Positions 46,498 to 55,764 of a DNA stretch of 64,000 bases are shown here, piece after piece. Source of the DNA: Spirochaetia bacterium (lineage in GTDB: Bacteria > Spirochaetota > Spirochaetia > SZUA-6 > Bin103); NCBI GenBank assembly GCA_965203905.1, contig CBDBDQ010000005.1, positions 5,184,001 to 5,248,000 on the forward strand, given 5' to 3'. Under the pieces are notes generated by a model. That model was not told where the DNA came from. It did not search any database and saw only the letters and a list, made by a program, of their open reading frames with translations. Every line of letters begins with the position of its first letter. Positions within the stretch are counted from its first letter, which is position 1. Both the position numbers and the translations under genes were made by a program.

Positions 46498-48522
46498 ATG
46501 AAAAAAGTTGCCGCGCTGGCGCTGGCATTGGCATGTGTGACCGGGACGGCTCTGTTTGCCGCCGGCGAAGGGGAGGACGGCGGGGCCGCAACTGCCGCTT
46601 CGGCGGCCGCCGTGGTGGTGCCCGGCGAGCTGGCCGTCTACGCCTCGCCCGCCGAGTTCACCAGCGCCACGGGCAGGACGCTGCCCGCGTACAGCGAGGC
46701 GCCGGTGCTGGCGGAGATGGTGGCCGCGGGCGAGTTGCCGCCGGTGGCGGAGCGGCTGCCGGACGAGCCGGTGGTGATCGACCCGCTGAACGAGATCGGC
46801 ACCTACGGCGGCGATTACCGCAGTCCGTCGCTGTCGCCGACCCACAATCAGGACGCCATGTTCGGGCGCCTGCAGAATCTGCTGACCCTCACTCCCGATC
46901 GCACCACCACGATTCCCAACTTCGCACGGAGCTGGGAGGTGTCGGACGACAACATGACCACCACCCTGCACCTGCGCCCGGGGCTCAGGTGGAGCGACGG
47001 CGATCCGCTCGACGCCGACGACTTCATGTTCTGGTACGAGGACTTTCTCACCAACGAGGAGCTGGTGACGCGTCCGAACGTGGCGTGGCGGCCCGGCGGC
47101 GAGGTGATGCAGGTCACCAGGATCGACGACTACACCGTGCAGTATTCGTTCGCGGTCCCCTATCCGGTAGTGGTCGACAAGTTCGCCTTCAGCCCCTATT
47201 CGCGCAACTCCAACACCTTGCCATTGCTCCCGCGCCACTACATGGAGCGGTTCCACATCGACTACAACGACAAGGCGGCCGAGCAGGCCAAGGAGGCGGG
47301 CTTCGATACCTGGTGGCAGTGGTTCATGAGCGTGGTCGGCCCGGACGAGCAGGGGCGCCTCGACACCGACTACCCGGAGATCAAGCCGTGGCGCCTGGGC
47401 AACATCGACGACTACGGCAACCGCTACTACATCCGCAATCCCTACTACTTCAAGGTGGACAGCCAGGGCCAGCAGCTTCCCTATCTGGATCGCCAGGTAA
47501 CCATCAACAGCGGCAACATGGACGTGGTGACCCTCAAGGCGATTGCCGGCGAGTTCGACGTGGCCACCTTCTCCCTGACCCTGGACAACTATCCGCTGTA
47601 CAAGGAGGGAGAGCAGGCGGGCGACTACCGCACGCTGATCTGGGGCCTGCCGCGCAACGAGGTCGCCTACGGGTTCAACCAGACCTACGCCGCCGATCCG
47701 GTGCTGCGCGACATCTTCCGCGACCTGCGCTTCCGCCAGGCGATGTCGCTGGCGATCAATCGCGAAGAGATCAACACCGTGGTCGCGCTGGGACGCGCGA
47801 TCCCGCGCCAGGCCACCGGTCCGACCAAGCCCGAGGGCCTGTTCACCGAGGACTGGATGGCAGAACACTACGCCGAGTACGACCCCGACAAGGCCAACGC
47901 GCTGTTGGACGAGATGGGCCTGCAGTGGGACGCCAATGGCGAGGTCCGGTTGCGGCCCGACGGCGAGCCGCTGGAGCTCCTGATGGAGTACTTCCGCACG
48001 GAGGGCGCCAAGGAGCGGATCTACCAGCTCACGGCGGATTACTGGGGCGCGGTCGGCGTGAAGGTGGTGCTCAAGGAGATCGCGGGATCGCTGTTCGGGC
48101 AGCGCGTGGCCGCGAACGAGATCCAGGTCTACAACTTCCACTTCGACAACCGCGGGCCGTTCGGCATGGTGTGGCGCGAGGCGCCGCACTACAAGACCGG
48201 CATCGGCCGGCTGTGGGAGGACTGGTACCGCACCCAGGGCGCCCAGGGCGAGGAGCCGTCGGCAGAGGTGAAAGAGGTCTTTGCGCTGATCGACCAGCTC
48301 ATGCAGGTGCCGCTCGGCTCCGACGAGTCGATCGCGATCGGCCGGGAGCTGCTGACCAAGCACGTGCAGGGGCTGTACCGGATCGGGACCATCGACTACA
48401 TCCCGCAGCCGGTGATCGTCAAGAACGGCCTGATGACCAACTTCACCGAGGTGGACGTGTGGGCGCCCGAGGGGCTGTGGCACAACAACACGCTTCCGGA
48501 GCAGTGGTTCTGGAAGAATTAG
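46498..48522 (+). CDS. ABC family-5 solute-binding protein
   Basis: AAGGAGG RBS, EAPVLAEMVAAGELPPVAERLP, WSDGDPLDADD, RNPYYFKVD. Confidence 0.93.
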   Translation: MKKVAALALALACVTGTALFAAGEGEDGGAATAASAAAVVVPGELAVYASPAEFTSATGRTLPAYSEAPVLAEMVAAGELPPVAERLPDEPVVIDPLNEIGTYGGDYRSPSLSPTHNQDAMFGRLQNLLTLTPDRTTTIPNFARSWEVSDDNMTTTLHLRPGLRWSDGDPLDADDFMFWYEDFLTNEELVTRPNVAWRPGGEVMQVTRIDDYTVQYSFAVPYPVVVDKFAFSPYSRNSNTLPLLPRHYMERFHIDYNDKAAEQAKEAGFDTWWQWFMSVVGPDEQGRLDTDYPEIKPWRLGNIDDYGNRYYIRNPYYFKVDSQGQQLPYLDRQVTINSGNMDVVTLKAIAGEFDVATFSLTLDNYPLYKEGEQAGDYRTLIWGLPRNEVAYGFNQTYAADPVLRDIFRDLRFRQAMSLAINREEINTVVALGRAIPRQATGPTKPEGLFTEDWMAEHYAEYDPDKANALLDEMGLQWDANGEVRLRPDGEPLELLMEYFRTEGAKERIYQLTADYWGAVGVKVVLKEIAGSLFGQRVAANEIQVYNFHFDNRGPFGMVWREAPHYKTGIGRLWEDWYRTQGAQGEEPSAEVKEVFALIDQLMQVPLGSDESIAIGRELLTKHVQGLYRIGTIDYIPQPVIVKNGLMTNFTEVDVWAPEGLWHNNTLPEQWFWKN

Positions 48523-48597
48523 CCACCCACGCTTGACCGCGAACGGGGGCGCCGCACGGCCGGCTGACCGAGCCGGCGCCCCCGCGGTCGGTTCGTC

Positions 48598-49602
48598 ATG
48601 GCGTACGTTCTGAGGCGCTTCGTCGCCATGGCCGTCACCATCGCACTGGTGTCGGTGGTGGCGTTCATTCTCATCCAGCTCCCGCCCGGGGACTACATTT
48701 CCTCCTACGTCGCTGCCCGCGAGGCGGCGGGAGACGACGAGGTGTCGCAGGGCGAGATCGACTCGATGAAGCGCGAGTTCGGGCTCGACAAGCCGGTGCA
48801 CATGCAGTACCTGCGCTGGATCGGGCGCATCGTCACCAAGGGCGATTTCGGCCGTTCCTTCGCCTACCGCCGCTCGATCAACGAGTTGATCTGGGAGCGC
48901 TTCGTGCTCACCGCCGTGGTCGGCCTCGCCGCGCTGGTGATCACCTACCTGGTCGGCGTGCCGCTGGGGATCTACTCGTCGCTGCGCCAGTACTCGGTCA
49001 GCGACTTCGCCCTCACCACGGTTGGCTACGTGGGGCTGGCGACGCCCAACTTCCTGCTCGCCATCCTGCTGATGTACCTCGGCTTCAAGTACTTCGGCGC
49101 CAGTGTCGGCGGCCTGTTCGACGCCAAGTACATGGAGACACCCTGGACGCTGGCCAAGATCGTGAACATGCTCGGCCACCTGTGGGTGCCGGCGATCGTG
49201 CTCGGCACGGCGGGCACCGCCGGCATCATCCGCGTGACGCGCGGCATGATGCTGGACGAGTTGCGCAAGCAGTACGTGGTCACGGCACGGGCCAAGGGCC
49301 TGCGCGAGCGGTCACTGATCTTCAAGTACCCGGTGCGGATCGCACTGAACCCGATCGTGGCCACCATCGGCTGGCAGCTCACGGCGATCATCTCGGGCGC
49401 CCCGATCGTGGCGATGGTGCTGTCGCTGCCGACCACCGGCCCGCTGATGATCAACGCGCTGCTGCTGCAGGACATGTACCTGGCCGGCAGCTTCATCCTG
49501 CTGCTCTGTACCTTCACCGTGGTGGGCACCTTCATCTCCGACGTGCTGCTGGCGATGCTCGATCCGCGCATTCGCCTCGGAGCGGAGCGCGATGGCGGCT
49601 GA
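48598..49602 (+). CDS. ABC permease DppB/OppB-like
   Basis: QLPPGDY, KQYVVTARAKG, LDPRIR. Confidence 0.93.
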   Translation: MAYVLRRFVAMAVTIALVSVVAFILIQLPPGDYISSYVAAREAAGDDEVSQGEIDSMKREFGLDKPVHMQYLRWIGRIVTKGDFGRSFAYRRSINELIWERFVLTAVVGLAALVITYLVGVPLGIYSSLRQYSVSDFALTTVGYVGLATPNFLLAILLMYLGFKYFGASVGGLFDAKYMETPWTLAKIVNMLGHLWVPAIVLGTAGTAGIIRVTRGMMLDELRKQYVVTARAKGLRERSLIFKYPVRIALNPIVATIGWQLTAIISGAPIVAMVLSLPTTGPLMINALLLQDMYLAGSFILLLCTFTVVGTFISDVLLAMLDPRIRLGAERDGG

Positions 49603-50734
49603 CGCGGCGGCCGTGGAGCGCCCGGCGCCGGCGGCGCAGCAGCGCCGCGCGGAACGGTGGTACGTCGCCTCGCAGTACCGGCTCATGTGGCGGCGGCTCA
49701 CCCGGCACCGCCTGGCGATCGTCGGCGGGGTGGTGCTGGCCATCCTGTACGTGGTGGCCATCTTCTGCGAGTTCATCGCGCCCTACGATCCGTCGACCAA
49801 GAACACCGAGCTGCTCACCGCCCCGCCGCAACGCATCCACTTCTTCGGCGCCGGCGGCTTCTCCCCGCGCCCGTTCGTCTACGCCTACACCGTCGGCGAG
49901 GATCCGGTCACCTGGCGCAAGATCTACGTGGAGGACACCGAGGTGCGCTTCCCGATCCGCTGGTTCGTACGCGGCGAGGATTACCGTTTCTGGGGCCTGT
50001 TCAAGACCCGGCTGCACCTGTTCGGCGTCGACGAAGGCGGCTACGTGTTCCTGCTCGGCACCGACACCCTGGGGCGCGACGTGTTCAGCCGCATCATGTA
50101 CGGCACGCGCATTTCGCTGTCGATCGGGCTGATCGGCGTCGCCCTGAGCTTCATCCTGGGCCTGACCATCGGCGGCGTCTCGGGGTACTTCGGCGGGTTC
50201 GCCGACGCCGTGGTGCAACGCAGCATCGACTTCCTGCGTTCGCTGCCGGTGCTGCCGGTGTGGATGGCACTGGCGGCGGCGCTGCCGGCCAACTGGCCGA
50301 CGATCCGGGTGTACTTCGGCATCACCGTGATCGTGTCGCTGATCGGCTGGACCGGTCTGGCGCGGGTGGTGCGCAGCAAGCTGCTGAGCCTGCGCCACGA
50401 GGACTTCGTGATGGCCGCGGTGGTGGCCGGCGCCCGCCCCGGCAAGATCATCTCCCGCCACCTGATTCCCGGCTTCCTGAGCTACGTGATCGTCAGCCTG
50501 ACGCTGGCGGTACCCAACATGATCCTGTCGGAGACGGCGCTCAGCTTTCTGGGCCTGGGGCTGCGGCCGCCGGTGGTGAGCTGGGGCGTGCTGCTGAGCG
50601 AGGCCCAGAACCTGCACGCCATCGCCCTGGCGCCGTGGCTGCTGCTGCCGGGCCTGTTCATCATCGTGGCGGTGCTGGCCTTCAGTTTCGTGGGCGACGG
50701 GCTGCGCGACGCCGCCGACCCCTACGCCACCTGA
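49592..50734 (+). CDS. ABC permease DppC/OppC-like
   Basis: LGTDTLGRD, RHEDFV, GDGLRDAADPY. Confidence 0.93.
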   Translation: MAADAAAVERPAPAAQQRRAERWYVASQYRLMWRRLTRHRLAIVGGVVLAILYVVAIFCEFIAPYDPSTKNTELLTAPPQRIHFFGAGGFSPRPFVYAYTVGEDPVTWRKIYVEDTEVRFPIRWFVRGEDYRFWGLFKTRLHLFGVDEGGYVFLLGTDTLGRDVFSRIMYGTRISLSIGLIGVALSFILGLTIGGVSGYFGGFADAVVQRSIDFLRSLPVLPVWMALAAALPANWPTIRVYFGITVIVSLIGWTGLARVVRSKLLSLRHEDFVMAAVVAGARPGKIISRHLIPGFLSYVIVSLTLAVPNMILSETALSFLGLGLRPPVVSWGVLLSEAQNLHAIALAPWLLLPGLFIIVAVLAFSFVGDGLRDAADPYAT

Positions 50735-50739
50735 GCTCG

Positions 50740-51519
50740 CTACGGCGGTGGGGCAATCAGGGAGTCGTTGTGGTGATAGGGGTCCTCGCCCCGCACCAGC
50801 ATCGTCCTCACCAGGTAGTCGATTCCCTTTTCCTTCAAGCCCTCGAGGTCGAACTTGACCTCGGGCGTGGTGAAGCGGAGTGAGTACGCCACCCGCGGCA
50901 GGTCGCTGGTGTTGGCGTGCGAGCCGTGCAGGGTGGCCTCGGTGAAGAAGACGCATTCGCCGGGGGCCATCTCCAGGTCGAGAGCCTTCGATTCATCCAC
51001 CTGTTCCTCTGCCAGGCCCTCGGCGAAGGCGCTCCTCTCGTCCAGTGGACGGTACTCGTCGTCGAGCCACCTGCGGTGGGATCCCGGAATCAGGCGCAGG
51101 CAGCCGTTTTCCTTGCGCGTGGGCCCGAGCGCTACCCACGCGGTCAGGTTGATGCGCGGCTGCATCGGCCAGTAGACGGCGTCCTGGTGCCAGGGGATGT
51201 ACTTCTCGTTGTGCGGTTCCTTGTACCAGAACGCCATCGCCCACAGCACGATGTCGGGACCGAGAATCTGCTCGACGTAGTCGAGAGTCCTCTCGTGGAC
51301 GCACAGGTCATAGGCCCAGCGGTGCTGCAGGTTGAAGCCTCCGGGGCGCGCATCGGTGGGGCCGGGGGCGTCTTCCGACTGTCCGATGGCCGCGAAGTAG
51401 CTCCTGCGCGCGGTGCCGGCCTCCTCCGGACCCATGACCCGTACCGGTCCGGTGTACCCTTCCGTACGATACTGCTCGCGCGAGAAGCTCTCGCCGCGTT
51501 TACTCAAGGCACCGCTCAT
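50740..51519 (-). CDS. PhyH-family Fe(II)/2OG dioxygenase
   Basis: IPWHQDAVYWP, NGCLRLIPGSH, LHGSHANTSDLPR. Confidence 0.9.
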   Translation of the reverse strand: MSGALSKRGESFSREQYRTEGYTGPVRVMGPEEAGTARRSYFAAIGQSEDAPGPTDARPGGFNLQHRWAYDLCVHERTLDYVEQILGPDIVLWAMAFWYKEPHNEKYIPWHQDAVYWPMQPRINLTAWVALGPTRKENGCLRLIPGSHRRWLDDEYRPLDERSAFAEGLAEEQVDESKALDLEMAPGECVFFTEATLHGSHANTSDLPRVAYSLRFTTPEVKFDLEGLKEKGIDYLVRTMLVRGEDPYHHNDSLIAPPP

Positions 51520-53009
51520 TGGTCAAAGTACAGCGCGAACAGCTTGGCGTTCTCCAGATAGACCCTCACCTTGAGTATCCCCCGTGACTGTGAAACCATC
51601 TTGCTCTCCAGGCCCTGCCCCGAAGCGGTGCTCCCGGCAGACCGCGAATCACTCTTCCACCGTACCTGGTGGCAGACATCGTCGCCGCTGAAGGGGATAC
51701 AGTCGTCGACGCCATATCCCGGCAGCACGCGGTCGAAGGGATCCATGATCTCGACCCGGATGGAACCGCCCCGGGCATCGGCATTGAGCGACAGCTTGCG
51801 CGGATCGATACCAAGCGGCATTCCCATCCTCTTGGGGCGAACCTTGATCGCGGTGGTGGTCAGCACGCCTTCCCGCGCGGTCTTCAGACACACCAGGCGG
51901 TCCTTCCTGATCTTTGCCAGGTTGATTCCCCAACGTGCCGCTTCGCCATGCCGCGGCGGCTCGCCGTGGAGGCTGTTGCTGGCAGTGTGATACAGCCATA
52001 TCTCGTCGTCAATTATCAGTGGGGCATGCGCCGGGTACACGCTGCCGCTGTCATGGCTGCCGCGCGGGCCGCACTCCAGAATCGGCTCACGGTTGCCGGC
52101 GCGATGCCAGCTCCGTCCATACTTGGAGTAGGTAAGCTGAATATCCATGCGGTTCATCCACTCGGGCATCCAGTCCTCGATCTGGTTCTGCGCGATCCAA
52201 CTCTCGTTGAGCGTGTGAAAGACAGACAGCATACCGATACGAAAGTCGCGGTAGGGAAACGCCGTCATGCCGTAGAATTCATGATCCTGCGGCGGGTCCC
52301 GGTGATCCGGCTGCAGCACGACTCTTCGCGGGCTCCACGTCAGGTAGTCCTCACTCTCGGACATGCAGATGATGCGGACGTTGGGTCTGCCCCGCAGAAT
52401 CACGACGTAACGGCGCAGTTGCGGGTCCCAGTACGAGGCCAGATGCGTGTCGCTGCCCTCGGGGATGACCGGATTGACCCAGTGCTGAGGTATGTCCCAG
52501 TGCACGCCGTCGGCCGAATAGCCCACACAGACCGGTTGCACCATGCCGGCGAACTGCATGTGCTCGCACTGGAACATGAACAGCACCTTGTAGCGCTTGG
52601 CGGGGTCGGTCTCCAGCGGGTCCTTGATGACGCCATGCCCGGCGGCCCAGCGCAAGAATGGAAACAGGAGATTGTTCCGCTTGCTGCCCCGGTCCTCCAC
52701 GATGTTGACGATCGGCTTCTCCCAGTTCAGTCCATCCTCGGACACGGCGTAGGCCAGGGCATCGGCCTCCTGGCCACGCTCCTGCCCCAATCGGCGGCCG
52801 ACGTTGTACCACATCTTGAACAGCCCATCGTCTTCATCGCGGATCACGTTGACGTAGCTGATGCTCCAGCCGGCTTCCCATGGTTGGTCGTTCATCAGGA
52901 GTGGCTCTGGCGAAACTTTCTCGGCTGGAAGCACGCCCTTCTCCAGGCCTTCGAGGTTCTCGATGTGGCTGTCGTCGATGAACAGGCAGGCAATCTCACT
53001 GTCACTCAT
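51516..53009 (-). CDS. Beta-propeller glycoside-hydrolase-like protein of unknown specificity
   Basis: LFIDD start, FKMWY, Asp-box-like SEDGLNW / SADGVHW / SEDYLTW, IWLYH. Confidence 0.65.
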   Translation of the reverse strand: MSDSEIACLFIDDSHIENLEGLEKGVLPAEKVSPEPLLMNDQPWEAGWSISYVNVIRDEDDGLFKMWYNVGRRLGQERGQEADALAYAVSEDGLNWEKPIVNIVEDRGSKRNNLLFPFLRWAAGHGVIKDPLETDPAKRYKVLFMFQCEHMQFAGMVQPVCVGYSADGVHWDIPQHWVNPVIPEGSDTHLASYWDPQLRRYVVILRGRPNVRIICMSESEDYLTWSPRRVVLQPDHRDPPQDHEFYGMTAFPYRDFRIGMLSVFHTLNESWIAQNQIEDWMPEWMNRMDIQLTYSKYGRSWHRAGNREPILECGPRGSHDSGSVYPAHAPLIIDDEIWLYHTASNSLHGEPPRHGEAARWGINLAKIRKDRLVCLKTAREGVLTTTAIKVRPKRMGMPLGIDPRKLSLNADARGGSIRVEIMDPFDRVLPGYGVDDCIPFSGDDVCHQVRWKSDSRSAGSTASGQGLESKMVSQSRGILKVRVYLENAKLFALYFDQ

Positions 53010-53562
53010 CGCGGTCCTCCGTGGTTGGTTGCAGTAGGGAATACACGGCCTTCCAGCGCCGTTCATGACTGGCGTGCGTCAAGTGCGGCCTGAAGCCCAG
53101 CTTCAGATAGGTCTTGATCGCCGCCAGGCGGACGTCGTCGGTGTGCAGAAAGGTCTCCCGGTAGCCCAGTCCCTTGATGAAGAGCAGGGCTGCCAGGCTT
53201 ACCTGGTAGCCGAGCCCCCGGCCCTGGTGAGCGGGTGACACCGAGACCCAGCCGAACTCCGGCCGCGGCTCGCTGGGAGTCGGCGCGATGGCGCAGGCGG
53301 TGGCTATCGGGCGCTCCTCGAAGATGATGAAGTAGGTTCCGGCCGCGATGGCATGGCGCTCACCCTGCAGCCACCGGGTCGCCGAATCTCGATTCCACTC
53401 CCCGAGCTGGCCGGTGGCGTTCAGCGCGTGAATCCAGTCGTCGGTGCTCCGCTCCTGCAGCGTGGTCAGGCGGTAGCCGTCCGGCAGGGTAACCTGCGGC
53501 AGGCAGCGGAAGCGGTCGAAGGTCATGTCAAGCTGCGGCAGTTCGCGTTGCTGCGATGGCAT
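53002..53562 (-). CDS. GNAT acetyltransferase
   Basis: WVSVSPAHQGRGLG motif A, AIKTYLKLGF. Confidence 0.88.
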   Translation of the reverse strand: MPSQQRELPQLDMTFDRFRCLPQVTLPDGYRLTTLQERSTDDWIHALNATGQLGEWNRDSATRWLQGERHAIAAGTYFIIFEERPIATACAIAPTPSEPRPEFGWVSVSPAHQGRGLGYQVSLAALLFIKGLGYRETFLHTDDVRLAAIKTYLKLGFRPHLTHASHERRWKAVYSLLQPTTEDRDE

Positions 53563-53568
53563 GGTGCG

Positions 53569-54681
53569 TTACAGCGTAGCATACGGATCGGCCGCATCGC
53601 GGAGTCCGTCACCGACGAAGTTGAAGGCCAGGATGGCAACGACGATGAACACGCTCGGCAGCAGCAGCCAGGGCGTCTTGGCCAGCACGCTGATCTCCTG
53701 GGAACCCTTCAGCAGCACACCCCAGCTGATCGCTGGAGCCTGCAGTCCCAGGCCGATGAAGCTGAGCGCCGTTTCGCCCAGGATCATCCACGGGATGGAG
53801 AGCGTCAGCGAGGCGATGATGTAGCTGTAGAATGACGGCAACAGGTGCTTGAAGATGATGCTCGCGCGACCGGCACCGCAGATGGCCGCGGCCATTACAA
53901 AGTCCTCTTCCCGCACTGCCATGAACTTTCCGCGGACCACCCGAGCGAGGTCGGTCCAACCCACCAGCGAGAGGATGACGACAATCGAGAAGTAGACCTG
54001 GGTCATGGTCCAGAACGGAGGCAGCGCTACGCTGAGCGCCATCCACAGCGGCAGGGTCGGAATCGAGCGCGTGATCTCGATCGCGCGTTGGATGACGGTA
54101 TCGACGCGGCCGCCGTAGTATCCGGAGATTCCGCCGATGACGATACCCAGAACGAAGCTGAACGCGATCCCCACCAGACCCACCGACAACGATATCCGGC
54201 CACCATGGATGATCCGCGACACCATGTCGCGCCCCTGGCGGTCGGAGCCGAACAGGAACATCACCCCTTCCTTCACTCCGAACAGATGCAGATCGGAGTC
54301 AATCAGGCCCCACAGCTGATAGGGATCGCCGCGCACAAACAGATGAATGGGATACTGCTGCGTCATGTCGACCTGGTAGGTGCGCCGAAGGCTCTTCATA
54401 TCGAACTCCGACGTCATTCCGTACACGAACGGACGCAGATGAAAGCGCCCGTCGTGATCGACGAAGCGCACCACCTGTGGCGGGGCCGACAAGCTCTCGA
54501 CGTTGTTGCGGCGCGGATCATAGGGAGCGACGAACTCCGCGAAGGCCGCCCCCAGGTAGAAGATGGTAAGCACGACCAGGGCGGCGGTCGCCAGTTTGTG
54601 GCGGAAGAAGCGCAACCGAATGAGTCGCCATTGGGAGGCGACCAGGAGTCTCTCCTGTTCTGCTGCAGGTTTCGTCATCAC
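53569..54681 (-). CDS. ABC permease DppC/OppC-like
   Basis: GSDRQGRD, REEDFV, GDGLRDAADPY. Confidence 0.93.
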   Translation of the reverse strand: MMTKPAAEQERLLVASQWRLIRLRFFRHKLATAALVVLTIFYLGAAFAEFVAPYDPRRNNVESLSAPPQVVRFVDHDGRFHLRPFVYGMTSEFDMKSLRRTYQVDMTQQYPIHLFVRGDPYQLWGLIDSDLHLFGVKEGVMFLFGSDRQGRDMVSRIIHGGRISLSVGLVGIAFSFVLGIVIGGISGYYGGRVDTVIQRAIEITRSIPTLPLWMALSVALPPFWTMTQVYFSIVVILSLVGWTDLARVVRGKFMAVREEDFVMAAAICGAGRASIIFKHLLPSFYSYIIASLTLSIPWMILGETALSFIGLGLQAPAISWGVLLKGSQEISVLAKTPWLLLPSVFIVVAILAFNFVGDGLRDAADPYATL

Positions 54682-54691
54682 CCGCCAAGCC

Positions 54692-55678
54692 TCACACGGA
54701 CTCCACCACGCGCGGATCTACCCAGGCCAGCAGGACGTCGGATATGAGCGTTCCCAGCACCGTGAGAGCGCTCAGAATGAGCACGATGCTGCTGGCCAGC
54801 AGCATGTCTTCACTGAGCAGGGAGTTCAGAAATATGGGAGCGATCGTCGGTATCCCCAACACCATCGACACCAGGAGCTCGCCGCTGATGAGCGTCGGCA
54901 GGGTCCAGCCTATGGTGCTTATCAGTGGGTTGATGGCGATTCGAAACGGATACTTGTAGAGCAACGTGCGTTCCGACAGACCCTTGGAACGCGCTACGAT
55001 CACGTAGTGCTTGCGCAATTCGTCGAGCAGCGTAGCACGCATGATCCTGATTATCCCGGCGGTGCCCGCGGTACCCACGATAAGCGCCGGCATCCACAAG
55101 TGCTTGAGCAGATCGATGACCTTGCCGATGCTCCACGGTGCCAGCGCATATTCCGCCGAGAACAGGCCGACCGCGACATTCCCGGTAGTCAGGAAGTACA
55201 CCCACAGCAACAGCAACGCAAACAGAAAGTTGGGAATGGCGAGGCCAATGAATCCGACCAGGGTGAAGAAATAATCGGTCAACGAATACTGCCGGGTAGC
55301 GGACAGCGTACCGATCGGAACACCGACCAGGTAGACGATCAGCAAGGATGCAAAGGAAAGCGTGACGCTCCACGGCAGGCGCTCCAGGATGAGGCTCTTC
55401 ACCGAGCGATTCCACTCCAGGGAGCGGCCCAGATCACCCCGCAGAACGCCCCGCAGCCACTTCAGGTACTGAATGTACATTGGCTGGTCGATACCGTAGC
55501 GGGACCTGAGCGCGACCAGCTGCGATTCATCGATCTGTTCGCCTTGGGCGGCCAACCGGGATACGTACATGCTCATGTAATCACCTGGTGGTGCCTGGAT
55601 AACCAAGAACGAGATAATTGAAATGATGAACAGGGTGAGTATCATCAACAAGAATCTGCGGAGAAGGTATCTTGACAT
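54692..55678 (-). CDS. ABC permease DppB/OppB-like
   Basis: QAPPGDY, HYVIVARSKG, WVDPRV. Confidence 0.93.
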   Translation of the reverse strand: MSRYLLRRFLLMILTLFIISIISFLVIQAPPGDYMSMYVSRLAAQGEQIDESQLVALRSRYGIDQPMYIQYLKWLRGVLRGDLGRSLEWNRSVKSLILERLPWSVTLSFASLLIVYLVGVPIGTLSATRQYSLTDYFFTLVGFIGLAIPNFLFALLLLWVYFLTTGNVAVGLFSAEYALAPWSIGKVIDLLKHLWMPALIVGTAGTAGIIRIMRATLLDELRKHYVIVARSKGLSERTLLYKYPFRIAINPLISTIGWTLPTLISGELLVSMVLGIPTIAPIFLNSLLSEDMLLASSIVLILSALTVLGTLISDVLLAWVDPRVVESV

Positions 55679-55764
55679 CCAAGTATCAGGTCAGCAACGG
55701 TAGCACAACAGAAAGCGGGGGAGAAGAACGAGTCTCCTCCCCCGGAACAGTTCCCTGGCGCAGC